64,000 bases of DNA from Owenia fusiformis. Its lineage: Eukaryota. Positions 40,501 through 52,835 of the stretch are shown here, piece after piece. The notes below the pieces were generated by a model. The model worked only from the letters and a program-made list of their open reading frames with translations, was not told the DNA's origin and searched no databases. The stretch is from contig CAIIXF020000001.1 of the NCBI GenBank assembly GCA_903813345.2, positions 24,676,001-24,740,000 of the forward strand. The letters run 5' to 3'. The position numbers were made by a program, and so were the translations under genes. Positions within the stretch are counted from its first letter, which is position 1; each line of letters starts with the position of its first letter.

Positions 40501-43500
40501 ACAACAACAGTTGCTGACACAACTACAGTGGCTGATGCAACTACGGCAGATACTACAGCAGCTGATGCTACAAGAACAGTGGCTGACACAACTACAGCTG
40601 ATGCTACAACAACAGTTGCTGATGCAATAACGGCTGATGTTACAACAACAGTAGCTGACACAACTACAGTGGCTGACGCAACTACGGTAGATACTACAGC
40701 AGCTGATGCTACAACTACAGTGGCTGACTTAACTACAGCTGATGCTACAACAACTGTTGCTGATGTAACAGCGGCTGATGTTACAACAACAGTTGCTGAC
40801 ACAACTACGGAAGATTCTACAGCAGCTGATGCTACAAGTACAGTGGCTGACACAACTACAGCTGATGCTACAACAACAGTTGCTGATGCAACAACGGCTG
40901 ATGTTACAACAACAGTAGCTGACGCAACTACAACAGTGGCTGACACAACTACGGCAGATACTACAGCAGCTGATGCTACAAGTACAGTGGGTGACACAAC
41001 TACAGCTGATGCTACAACAACAGTTGCTGATGCAACAACGGCTGATGTTACAACAACAGTAGCTGACACAACTACAGTGGCTGATGCAACTACGACAGAT
41101 ACTACAGCAGCTGATGCTACAACTACAGTGGCTGACACTACTACAGCTGATGCTAAAACAACAGTTGTTGATGCAACAACGGCTGATGCTACAACAACAG
41201 TAGCTGACACAACTACAGAGGCTGATGCAACTACGGATGATACTACAGCAGCTGATGCTACAAGTACAGTGGCTGACACAACTACAGCTAATGCTACAAC
41301 AACAGTTGCTGATGCAACAGCGGCTGATGTTACAACAACAGTTGCTGACACAACTACGGAAGATTTTACAGCAGCTGATGCTACAAGTACAGGGGCTGAC
41401 ACATCTACAGCTGATGCTACAACAACAGTTGCTGATGCAACAACGGCTGATATTACAATAACAGTAGCTGACGCAACTACAACAGTGGCTGACGCAACTA
41501 CGGCAGATACTACAGCAGCTGATGCTACAAGTACAGTGGCTGACACAACTACAGCTAATGCTACAACAACAGATGCTGATGCAACAACGGCTGATGTTAC
41601 AACAACAGTAGCTGACACAACTACAGTAGCTGACGCAACTACGGCAGATACTACAGCAGCTGATGCTACAAGTACAGTGGCTGACACACCTACAGCTGAT
41701 GCTACAACAACAGTTGTTGATGCAACAACGGCTGATGTTACAACAACAGTAGCTGACACAACTACAGTAGCTGACACAACAACGGCAGATACTACAGCAG
41801 CTGATGCTACAAGTACATTGGCTGACACAACTACAGCTGATGCTACAACAACAGTTGCTGATGCAACAACTACAGCTGATGTTACAACAACAGTAGCTGA
41901 CACAACTACAGTGGCTGACGCAACTACGGCAGATACTACAGCAGCTGATGCTACAACTACAGTGGCTGACTCAACTACAGCTGATGCTACAACAACAGTT
42001 GCCGATGCAACAGCGGCTGATGTTACAACAACAGTTGCTGACACAACTTCAGTGGCTGACGCAACTACCGCAGATACTACAGCAGCTGATGCTACAAGTA
42101 CAGTGGCTGACACAACTACAGCAGATGCTACAACAACAGTTGCTGATGTAACAACGGCTGATGTTACAACAACAGTAGCTGACACAACTACAGTGGTTGA
42201 CGCAACTACGGCAGATACTACAGCAGCTGATGCTACAACTACAGTGGCTGATACAACTACAGCTGATGCTACAACACCAGTTGCTGATGCAACAACGGCT
42301 GATGTTACAACAACAGTTGCTGACACAACTACAGTGGCTGATGCAACTACGGCAGATACTACAGCAGCTGATGCTACAAGAACAGTGGCTGACACAACTA
42401 CAGCTGATGCTACAACAACAGTTGCTGATGCAATAACGGCTGATGTTACAACAACAGTAGCTGACACAACTACAGTGGCTGACGCAACTACGGTAGATAC
42501 TACAGCAGCTGATGCTACAACTACAGTGGCTGACTTAACTACAGCTGATGCTACAACAACTGTTGCTGATGTAACAGCGGCTGATGTTACAACAACAGAT
42601 GCTGACACAACTACGGAAGATTCTACAGCAGCTGATGCTACAAGTACAGTGGCTGACACAACTACAGCTGATGCTACAACAACAGTTGCTGATGCAACAA
42701 CGGCTGATGTTACAACAACAGTAGCTGACGCAACTACAACAGTGGCTGACACAACTACGGCAGATACTACAGCAGCTGATGCTACAAGTACAGTGGGTGA
42801 CACAACTACAGCTGATGCTACAACAACAGTTGCTGATGCAACAACGGCTGATGTTACAACAACAGTAGCTGACACAACTACAGTGGCTGATGCAACTACG
42901 ACAGATACTACAGCAGCTGATGCTACAACTACAGTGGCTGACACTACTACAGCTGATGCTAAAACAACAGTTGTTGATGCAACAACGGCTGATGCTACAA
43001 CAACAGTAGCTGACACAACTACAGAGGCTGATGCAACTACGGCAGATACTACAGCAGCTGATGCTACAAGTACAGTGGCTGACACAACTACAGCTAATGC
43101 TACAACAACAGTTGCTGATGCAACAACGGCTGATGTTACAACAACAGTAGCTGACACAACTACAGTGGCTGATGCAACTACGGCAGATACTACAGCAGCT
43201 GATGCTACAAGTACAGTGGCTGACACTACTACAGCTGATGCTACAACAACAGTTGTTGATGCAACAACGGCTGATGTTACAACAACAGTAGCTGACACAA
43301 CTACAGAGGCTGACACAACAACAGCAGATATTACAGCAGCTGATGCTACAAGTACATTGGCTGACACAACTACAGCTGATGCTACAACAACAGTTGCTGA
43401 TGCAACAACTACAGCTGATGTTACAACAACAGTAGCTGACACAACTACAGTGGCTGACGCAACTACGGCAGATACTACAGCAGCTGATGCTACAACTACA

Positions 43501-46500
43501 GTGGCTGACACAACTACAGCAGATGCTACAACAACAGTTGCTGATGTAACAACGGCTGATGTTACAACAACAGTTGCTGACACAACTACAGTGGCTGACG
43601 CAACTACGGCAGATACTACAGCAGCTGATGCTACAACTACAGTGGCTGATACAACTACAGCTGATGCTACAACACCAGTTGCTGATGCAACAACGGCTGA
43701 TGTTACAACAACAGTTGCTGACACAACTACAGTGGCTGATGCAACTACGGCAGATACTACAGCAGCTGATGCTACAAGAACAGTGGCTGACACAACTACA
43801 GCTGATGCTACAACAACAGTTGCTGATGCAATAACGGCTGATATTACAACAACAGTAGCTGACACAACTACAGTGGCTGACGCAACTACGGCAGATACTA
43901 CAGCAGCTGATGCTACAACTACAGTGGCTGACACAACTACAGCTGATGCTACAACAACAGTTGCTGATGCAACAACGGCTGATGTTACAACAACAGTAGC
44001 TGACACAACTACAGTGGCTGATGCAACTACGGCAGATACTACAGCAGCTGATGCTACAACTACAGTGGCTGACACTACTACAGCTGATGCTACAACAACT
44101 GTTGCTGATGTAACAGCGGCTGATGTTACAACAACAGTTGCTGACACAACTACGGAAGATTCTACAGCAGCTGATGCTACAAGTACAGTGGCTGACACAA
44201 CTACAGCTGATGCTACAACAACAGTTGCTGATGCAACAACGGCTGATGTTACAACAACAGTAGCTGACGAAACTACAACAGTGGCTGACGCAACTACGGC
44301 AGATACTACAGCAGCTGATGCTACAAGTACAGTGGCTGACACAACTACAGCTGATGCTACAACAACAGTTGCTGATGCAACAACGGCTGATGTTACAACA
44401 ACAGTAGCTGACACAACTACAGTGGCTGATGCAACTACGACAGATACTACAGCAGCTGATGCTACAACTACAGTGGCTGACACTACTACAGCTGATGCTA
44501 AATTAACAGTTGTTGATGCAACAATGGCTGATGTTACAACAACAGTAGCTGACACAACTACAGAGGCTGACGCAACTACGGCAGATAATACAGCAGCTGG
44601 TGCTACAAGTACAGTGGCTGACACAACTACAGCTAATGCTACAACAACAGTTGCTGATGCAACAACGGCTGATGTTACAACAACAGTAGCTGACACAACT
44701 ACAGTGGCTGACGCAACTACGGCAGATACTACAGCAGCTGATGCTACAAGTACAGTGGCTGACACAACTACAGCTGATGCTACAACAACAGTTGCTGATG
44801 CAACAACGGCTGATGTTACAACAACAGTAGCTGAAACAACTATAGTTGCTGACGCAACTACGGCAGATACTACAGCAGCTGGTGCTACAAGTACAGTGGC
44901 TGACACAACTACAGCTGATGCTACAACAACAGTTGCTGATGCAACAACGGCTGATGTTACAACAACAGTTGCTGACACAACTACGGAAGATTCTACAGCA
45001 GCTGATGCTACAAGTACAGTGGCTGACACAACTTCAGCTGATGCTACAACAACAGTTGCTGATGCAACGACGAATGATGTTACAACAACAGTTGCTGAAA
45101 CAACTACAGTGGCTGACGCAACTACGGCAGATACTACAGCAGCTGGTGCTACAAGTACAGTGGCTGACACTACTACAGCTGATGCTACAACAACAGTTGC
45201 TGATGCAACAATGGCTAATGTTACAACAACAGTAGCTGACACAACTACAGAGGCGGACGCAACAACGGCAGATACTACAGCAGCTGATGTTACAAGTACA
45301 TTGGCTGACACAACTACAGCTGATGCTACAACAACAGTTGCTGATGCAACAGCGGCTGATGTTACAAAAACAGTTGCTGTCACAACTAAAGTGGCTGACG
45401 CAACTATGGCAGATACTACAGCAACTGATGTTACAAGTACAGTGGCTGACACAACTACATTTGATGCTACAACAACAGTTGCTGATGCAACTACAGTGGC
45501 TGACGCAACTACGGCAGATACTACAGCAGCTGATGCTAAAAGTACAGTGGCTGACACAACTACAGCTGATGCTACAACAACAGTTGCTGATGCAACAACA
45601 GTAGCTGACACAACTACAGTGGCTGACGAAACTACGGCAGATACTACAGCAGCTGATGCTACAACTACAGTGGCTGACACAAGTACAGCTGATGCTACAA
45701 TAACAGTTGCAGATGCAACAGCGGCTGATGTTACAACAACAGTTGCTGACACAACTACAGTGGCTGACGCAACTACATCAGATACTACTGCAGCTGATGC
45801 TACAACTACGGTTGCTGACGCAACTACAGCTGATGCTATAACAACAGTTGCTGATGCAACAACGGCTGATGTTACAACAACAGTAGCTGAAGAAACTACA
45901 ACAGTGGCTGACGCAACTACGGCAGATACTACAGCAGCTGATGCTACAAGTACAGTGGCTGACACAACTACAGCTGATGCTACAACAACAGTTGCTGATG
46001 CAACAACGGCTGATGTTACAACAACAGTAGCTGACACAACTACAGTGGCTGATGCAACTACGACAGATACTACAGCAGCTGATGCTACAACTACAGTGGC
46101 TGACACTACTACAGCTGATGCTAAAACAACAGTTGTTGATGCAACAATGGCTGATGTTACAACAACAGTAGCTGACACAACTACAGAGGCTGACGCAACT
46201 ACGGCAGATAATACAGCAGCTGGTGCTACAAGTACAGTGGCTGACACAACTACAGCTAATGCTACAACAACAGTTGCTGATGCAACAACGGCTGATGTTA
46301 CAACAACAGTAGCTGACACAACTACAGTGGCTGACGCAACTACGGCAGATACTACAGCAGCTGATGCTACAAGTACAGTGGCTGACACAACTACAGCTGA
46401 TGCTACAACAACAGTTGCTGATGCAACAACGGCTGATGTTACAACAACAGTAGCTGAAACAACTATAGTTGCTGACGCAACTACGGCAGATACTACAGCA

Positions 46501-48549
46501 GCTGGTGCTACAAGTACAATGGCTGACACAACTACAGCTGATGCTACAACAACAGTTGCTGATGCAACAACGGCTGATGTTACAACAACAGTTGCTGACA
46601 CAACTACGGAAGATTCTACAGCAGCTGATGCTACAAGTACAGTGGCTGACACAACTTCAGCTGATGCTACAACAACAGTTGCTGATGCAACGACGAATGA
46701 TGTTACAACAACAGTTGCTGAAACAACTACAGTGGCTGACGCAACTACGGCAGATACTACAGCAGCTGGTGCTACAAGTACAGTGGCTGACACTACTACA
46801 GCTGATGCTACAACAACAGTTGCTGATGCAACAACGGCTAATGTTACAACAACAGTAGCTGACACAACTACAGAGGCGGACGCAACAACGGCAGATACTA
46901 CAGCAGCTGATGTTACAAGTACATTGGCTGACACAACTACAGCTGATGCTACAACAACAGTTGCTGATGCAACAGCGGCTGATGTTACAAAAACAGTTGC
47001 TGTCACAACTAAAGTGGCTGACGCAACTATGGCAGATACTACAGCAACTGATGTTACAAGTACAGTGGCTGACACAACTACATTTGATGCTACAACAACA
47101 GTTGCTGATGCAACTACAGTGGCTGACGCAACTACGGCAGATACTACAGCAGCTGATGCTAAAAGTACAGTGGCTGACACAACTACAGCTGATGCTACAA
47201 CAACAGTTGCTGATGCAACAACAGTAGCTGACACAACTACAGTGGCTGACGCAACTACGGCAGATACTACAGCAGCTGATGCTACAACTACAGTGGCTGA
47301 CACAAGTACAGCTGATGCTACAATAACAGTTGCAGATGCAACAGCGGCTGATGTTACAACAACAGTTGCTGACACAACTACAGTGGCTGACGCAACTACA
47401 TCAGATACTACTGCAGCTGATGCTACAACTATGGTTGCTGACGCAACTACAGCTGATGCTATAACAACAGTTGCTGATGCAACTACGGCTGATATTGCGA
47501 CAACAGTAGCTGACGCAACTACAACAGATACTTCGGCAGTTGATCCTACATCTACAATGGCTTACACAACTACATTGCATGCTACAGCACCAGTTTTTGA
47601 TACAACACCGGCAGACGTTACAACAACACTAGCTGACACAACTGCAGTGACTGAAACAACAGTTGGTGACGCAACTTCGGCAGATATTACATTAGCGGAT
47701 GCAAAAAGAACAGTGGCTGATAGAACTACAACTGATGCTACAACAACAGATGCTGATGAAACGACGGCTGATGTTACAACGACAGTATCTGACAAAACTA
47801 CAGTGGCTGCCACAACTACATCAGATACTACTGCAGCTGATGCTACAACTACGGTTGCTGACGCAACTACAGCTGATGCTATAACAACAGTTGCTGATGC
47901 AACTACGGCTGATATTGCAACAACAGTAGCTGACGCAACTACAACAGATACTTCGGCAGTTGATCCTACATCTACAATGGCTGACACAACTACAATGCAT
48001 GCTACATCACCAGTTTTTGATACAACACCGGCAGACGTTACAACAACAGTAGCTGACACAACTGCAGTGACTGAAACAACAGTTGGTGACGCAACTTCGG
48101 CAGATATTACATCAGCGGATGCAAAAAGAACAGTGGCTGATAGAACTACAACTGATGCTACAAGTACAGTGGCTGACACAACTACAGCTGATGCTACAAC
48201 TACAGTGGCTGACACAACTACAGCTGATGATACAACAACAGTTGCTGAGGCAACAACGGCTGGTGTTACAACAACAATTGCAGACACAACTTCAGTGGCT
48301 GATGCAACTACGGCAGATACTACAGCAGCTGATGCTACAAGTACAGTGGCTGACACAACTACGACTGATGCAACAACAATAGTCCCGACATCTGATGTTA
48401 CAACAATAAGTTCTGTGCTTTACATAGTTCAACTAAAGGGGACTGTCAGAATAACACAATACATGGGGGAAGTTGCCGAGTATAATTCTACACTTGACGA
48501 CCCGACGTCATATTTCTACTCTAAACTGTCCTCCGAGGCATGTGGAGAG
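34520..48549 (+). CDS. Exon A3 (14,030 bp): 47-aa Thr/Ala/Asp/Val repeats plus N-half of SEA domain 3
   Basis: Acceptor TTATTTTAG ends at 34519 (phase 1), in frame with ORF 34531-48564. Ends ...KGTVRITQYMGEVAEYNSTLDDPTSYFYSKLSSEACGE at donor GTAATG at 48550. Confidence 0.9.
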
Positions 48550-48657
48550 GTAATGTTTGTATAAATTATTAATGACAAATGTTTGTTATCTTTCCATTGG
48601 CATATGAAATTGACACATGTACATTTCAAGTTTTTATGTGTACAATCTTTATTTTAG

Positions 48658-48877
48658 ATCACTACTGCATTTGCTTCTTCGACATATTCATCGATTTACA
48701 TATCCTGTTCAATAACTGGATTTTTGCCTGGCAGTATTCTTGCAAGTTTTACTTTGGATTTCGAACAAGAGGTTGAAAGTACGTTGAACTCCTCCAATGC
48801 GCAAAGTGAGCTTTCGGACAATATAGGAACGTCTTCAACAACTATAGTATTCGACTCATCAACTTTGACAATATCAG
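48658..48877 (+). CDS. Exon B3: C-half of SEA domain 3 (GFLPGSILA)
   Basis: Acceptor TTTATTTTAG and donor CAG|GTAATT, 220 bp. Encodes ITTAFASSTYSSIYISCSITGFLPGSILASFTLDFEQEVESTLNSSNAQSELSDNIGTSSTTIVFDSSTLTIS. Confidence 0.9.
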
Positions 48878-49821
48878 GTAATTTGTTGATATATCTGTAT
48901 AAAATGGCTGATTTAATCATTATTTTTGATTGATTACTTATCGTAACATGCGATGGTAATTAATATATTGGTTATTTAAAGCGACAATATCATATAAACC
49001 TAATCATAATATGAAATTGAGCAAGCAAGCAATTAGAACGAGTGTCAATATGATGTTGCCCAAGTCATTATATTGTCTGAAATAAAACAAATATTAAATC
49101 CTATCAAAATTACCTGTTTATTACATTTAATAATACCTTGGAACAACGTAGCCTTGCCCACGTATATTATCCATCTTGATTTTCAATTGTATACAACTGG
49201 ATTGCATTCATTCAAACTTCACTGATATTATGATAGGTTATTCGATGGTTTCGAGATTTCCATATTTCAATGATACTTCAAGGAAACATACATTGGAAAT
49301 ACAATGCTTGTAATTCGAATATCAAAAACATGGCGAGCCCAAAAAATAACCCAAACATACATTAATTTCTTTGTCTTCCAAAATAGATTTCAAATCATAT
49401 TTAGCACAAATGAACCTTGTTCAACGTTTTTTTCATTCTCTGAAGCTCCACTGGTCTTTTTTAATGGCCACGATTTCATGGCATTTTAAAAACATCTTGA
49501 AGATCAACAAACCAAAAGCTGGGAGCGAATCCCACTCTCAAAATAAGACTTTTGTGCGAACAATGAATCACACATTTATACTAGCTAGTTGACCCCAATT
49601 CCCATCATCTCGACCCCCCTCTTCACTATAAAACGAACCCCTAGGCAGTGGAAAAATTGAACCCCTTGATAAATCCTGGCTACATCCAAGCAGAGGAATT
49701 TGAGAGTTTAAACAAGAGATAAGAAGGATGATTAGAGATGTAACCATGTAGTCAGAGGAAATTCACCCAGTGCGTTCAAATTAGCCTCCAATGGTGAGCT
49801 TGAGATTTCGAGGATGTTTTG

Positions 49822-51287
49822 TAGCCTTGCCCAAGCCTTTTACAATCGAATGCATCATCGCTGATATTATGATAAGTTATTCAGCGGTTTCGAGACTCCC
49901 ATAATTCGTACTCTGTCAGGGGTATCGCGAAACCGCATTGATTGACAGATCGCGTGGACACGACGCGTAACTTCAGGCTGGTTGACCAATCAAAGGTTTT
50001 CTGGTTTACCCGCATAAACAAGGCAAACTACCCGTCTACGACCTGAAATTCAATGATCTGATCGAGTATTTCTTCAAAGTGCTATATTATGTACATTGAA
50101 TTGGAATGTAAGCAGGCATTAATATAGATTAAATCATGCGATCCAATGTTGATTTAAAACTTAATTCGCGATGAAAATGCACGAAGACCTAGTCCACGTC
50201 GATCTAATTCAGTAAACCTCGGCCTAGATCTAGCTAATATGTTCGACAATTTCAAAGATCTTTTCAACGGTTCTTGTTGAAATCTCACCTCCAGGTATCC
50301 GATTGGCGTTTGAATTTTTATTTACTTTACCGTCGATGAAATAACTTATTATATTGATGGAAACATAACTAGACTTTATTTCCAATACCTCCAAATTTTC
50401 TCAATTTTTTCCTCAATTGCAATGTTTGAAAATCGTCATTCCCATGTAAATCCATGGGAAATGGTGGGTTCGTGGCAAATCAGAAATCAGGATGTCTTTT
50501 CAGTAAAAGATTCAGCAAAAATATGTTTATATAGAAAATTGAATTGTCTAACTTTTTTTGTACACTAAGTGTTTAGTTTATTTGATGAATACAAAAGTTA
50601 CAGCGCTTCAAAGTCATCTTTGAAAATAATTTTTCGCCTCCTGTGTTATTTCAATGGGAGAGGTTTTTTGAAAAACAATTTTGACTTTAAAGCCCTATAA
50701 GTTTGTTAAACCTGAAGAAACATATCATTTTTTGTTAAATAAAGTTAACAAATTCAATTGCCTTGCCTATTTTTGCAAGGACTCGGATGAATGGATATTC
50801 TGTCATATGACTTGCGGCAAACATACCATTTTCCATTGGTTAACATGGGAATCTCGTTTTTCAAAAATTCATCAAATTTATCATCAATTTTCGACTTATT
50901 GTAATTGCGGAAAAAATTGAGAAAATTTGGAGGTATTGGAAATAAAGTCAAATTACGTTTCAATCAATAGTATGAGTATTTTCATCGCAGGTTAAGTAAA
51001 TAGCTTAAGTAGCTTAAGTAGCTAATGTTGCCAAACTTATAGCGGGGAGTGTACTTTATAACAGTGAGTAAGATATTTGACAATTTATGCGGCTTCACGT
51101 TTTTTATTCGAAACATATACATTGGATAAAACTATCCGGATCCGTTTTCGTAACTCGCTTCATGAGTTCCTCCTGGGTGTGGTTGGTCAAATTTACCACG
51201 TTAAGCACGTACGTGGATTTCTCATTGGTACAAGGCGGTCATAATAGAAATCAAGATAAGTAAAAGAGACCGACTTGGGCAAGGCTA
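49822..51287. mobile_element. 1,466-bp non-autonomous DNA transposon with TAG termini, 14-bp TIR and 9-bp TSD (AcademH-like)
   Basis: TAGCCTTGCCCAAG ... CTTGGGCAAGGCTA, flanked by GATGTTTTG (49813-49821) and GATATTTTG (51288-51296). The empty site GAGGATGTTTTGTAAAATAG is present in modules 1 and 2 (about 20406 and 32345). Confidence 0.85.
50319..51001. mobile_element. MITE-like element with ~160-190-bp imperfect TIRs nested inside the AcademH-like element; another partial arm at about 54121-54310
   Basis: GACTTTATTTCCAATACCTCCAAATTTTCTCAATTTTTTCC (about 50372) and its exact reverse complement at about 50909-50949. Ends are approximate. Confidence 0.7.
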
Positions 51288-52283
51288 GATATTTTGTAAA
51301 ATAGCAGTGAAATCGTGGCCATTTGAAATAGACCAATGTAGCTTGTGGGTAGAATGGAAGAATATTGAACTAATTTAATTCCGCTAAATATAATGTTAAA
51401 CTCATGCTGGATGACGGAGTTATTAACATTTGTTTGGGTTACCTTTTTTGCTCGCCCTGTATACAGTAATGAAAAATTCAGATTTAGTACAGCAAATGAT
51501 TTTAGATGGTTATAGATGGTTTCTCGATGAGTACTTTCTGGCAAAATACTTGTTACAAAATGTACTTGCTTATTTTCTAAAAAGAGGATCTTGTTTTTTT
51601 CAATTAATATTTAAATAATAAAAAGCTTCGTCTACAGTATATTGGCAACTTATGAAAAGGGGATCGGGATTGAAATGCAATAAAGTCAAATACCCAAAAT
51701 CCCATGATATTTTACCATTGGGAAAATTAAACTTGTGCTATTCATTGTTTTCAGCATGATTTTGGTCATCATAAATTGACATCTTCAAAACTGAACTTTC
51801 AATCCATTCTACTTTTGTAGAAGTTCCAGACCCTTTGTTCAATTATATTTTCATGCAATAAAAATCAGAAAAATCAGATCCTCTTTTTAATAGTTAATAG
51901 GTTCAACATTCTGAAACAATGCTGACATGGGGTCCCCAATCATGATTTTTCGAATTGTTTGATTGCGATTTTTATCATCCTTAAGAATTTACTTGAAAGA
52001 TTACATATTATGTTAATGGGAAATGTCATATTGAAATTAAGAAAGTGCTCATGGTGAAAGATATGACCGACTAAAATCACGTGCCATACTAAACCTGGTC
52101 TTTTAGGAATACAAAATAGTCAAAAATAAACTTACCTCGAAATATTTCGACAGTTGCTTTTATTCATTATCGATTAACAACTATCATGAGTGTGAATATG
52201 TATTTTGAAATGGAATGCAGCCATTTTAGAAGTTGTTTGCTAATAACGAATTCATTTCTAATTTTTCAAAACGAACATTGCAG

Positions 52284-52424
52284 ACGTTAACGAATGTATA
52301 GAAAACAGCGACAACTGTTCGGCATATGCAACATGTACCAATACAGATGGTGGTTACACATGTACCTGTTTGGAGGGATACACAGACGCATCGCAAACTG
52401 GGCATACTGGGCGAATTTGTTTAG
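52284..52424 (+). CDS. Exon C3: calcium-binding EGF-like domain 3
   Basis: Acceptor TTGCAG and donor TAG|GTCAGT. Encodes DVNECIENSDNCSAYATCTNTDGGYTCTCLEGYTDASQTGHTGRICL (2 aa differences from C1/C2). Confidence 0.95.
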
Positions 52425-52835
52425 GTCAGTGTCTTAGAATAATATCATTTTATGAACTTATTCACTGTCAAGTAGTCACCAGACTCCGTCGCATATTAGT
52501 ACCGTTTGATGGAATGTTCAGCTTTAGAATTTATATGTTACGTTAAGTCATAGAAAAATGGCGAGAAAGATATTAAATTTTATGATTTCTTCTCTGGCTG
52601 AACTTAATGATCCATAACATTACATAGTTAGACTGAATTGAAAATGGGATTTTTGAAATTATACTGATAGTAGAGCCAGTTAAGGAAATAAAACCCTTGA
52701 ATTGCACTTGCTATATATAAAGCACAATTTTTGACCTAAGTATCATTAATGCATATCTTTTTGATAACTAACAAAGTGGTGTTGAAAATTGGCACCATAT
52801 GAAAATAGAAGTCCTCCAAAAATTTGCATATTTAC

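Larger units (their letters stand above)
49329..51459. mobile_element. Tc1/mariner-type MITE (module 3 copy, both arms present) interrupted by a later insertion
   Basis: Right end ...TTTGGGTTACCTTTTTTGCTCGCCCTG|TA reverse-complements to CAGGGCGAGCAAAAAAGGTAACCCAAACAAATG, matching the left ends at 49329 and 19909. Confidence 0.6.

Noticed and set aside
4553-48564. Three stand-alone intronless giant genes ending GEVMFV-stop, or bacterial-type giant adhesins
   Set aside because: VMFV is read-through of the GTAATG donor, and the SEA domain continues in frame in the next exon. The ORF starts lie just downstream of splice acceptors (the first is a TTG) and have no signal peptide.
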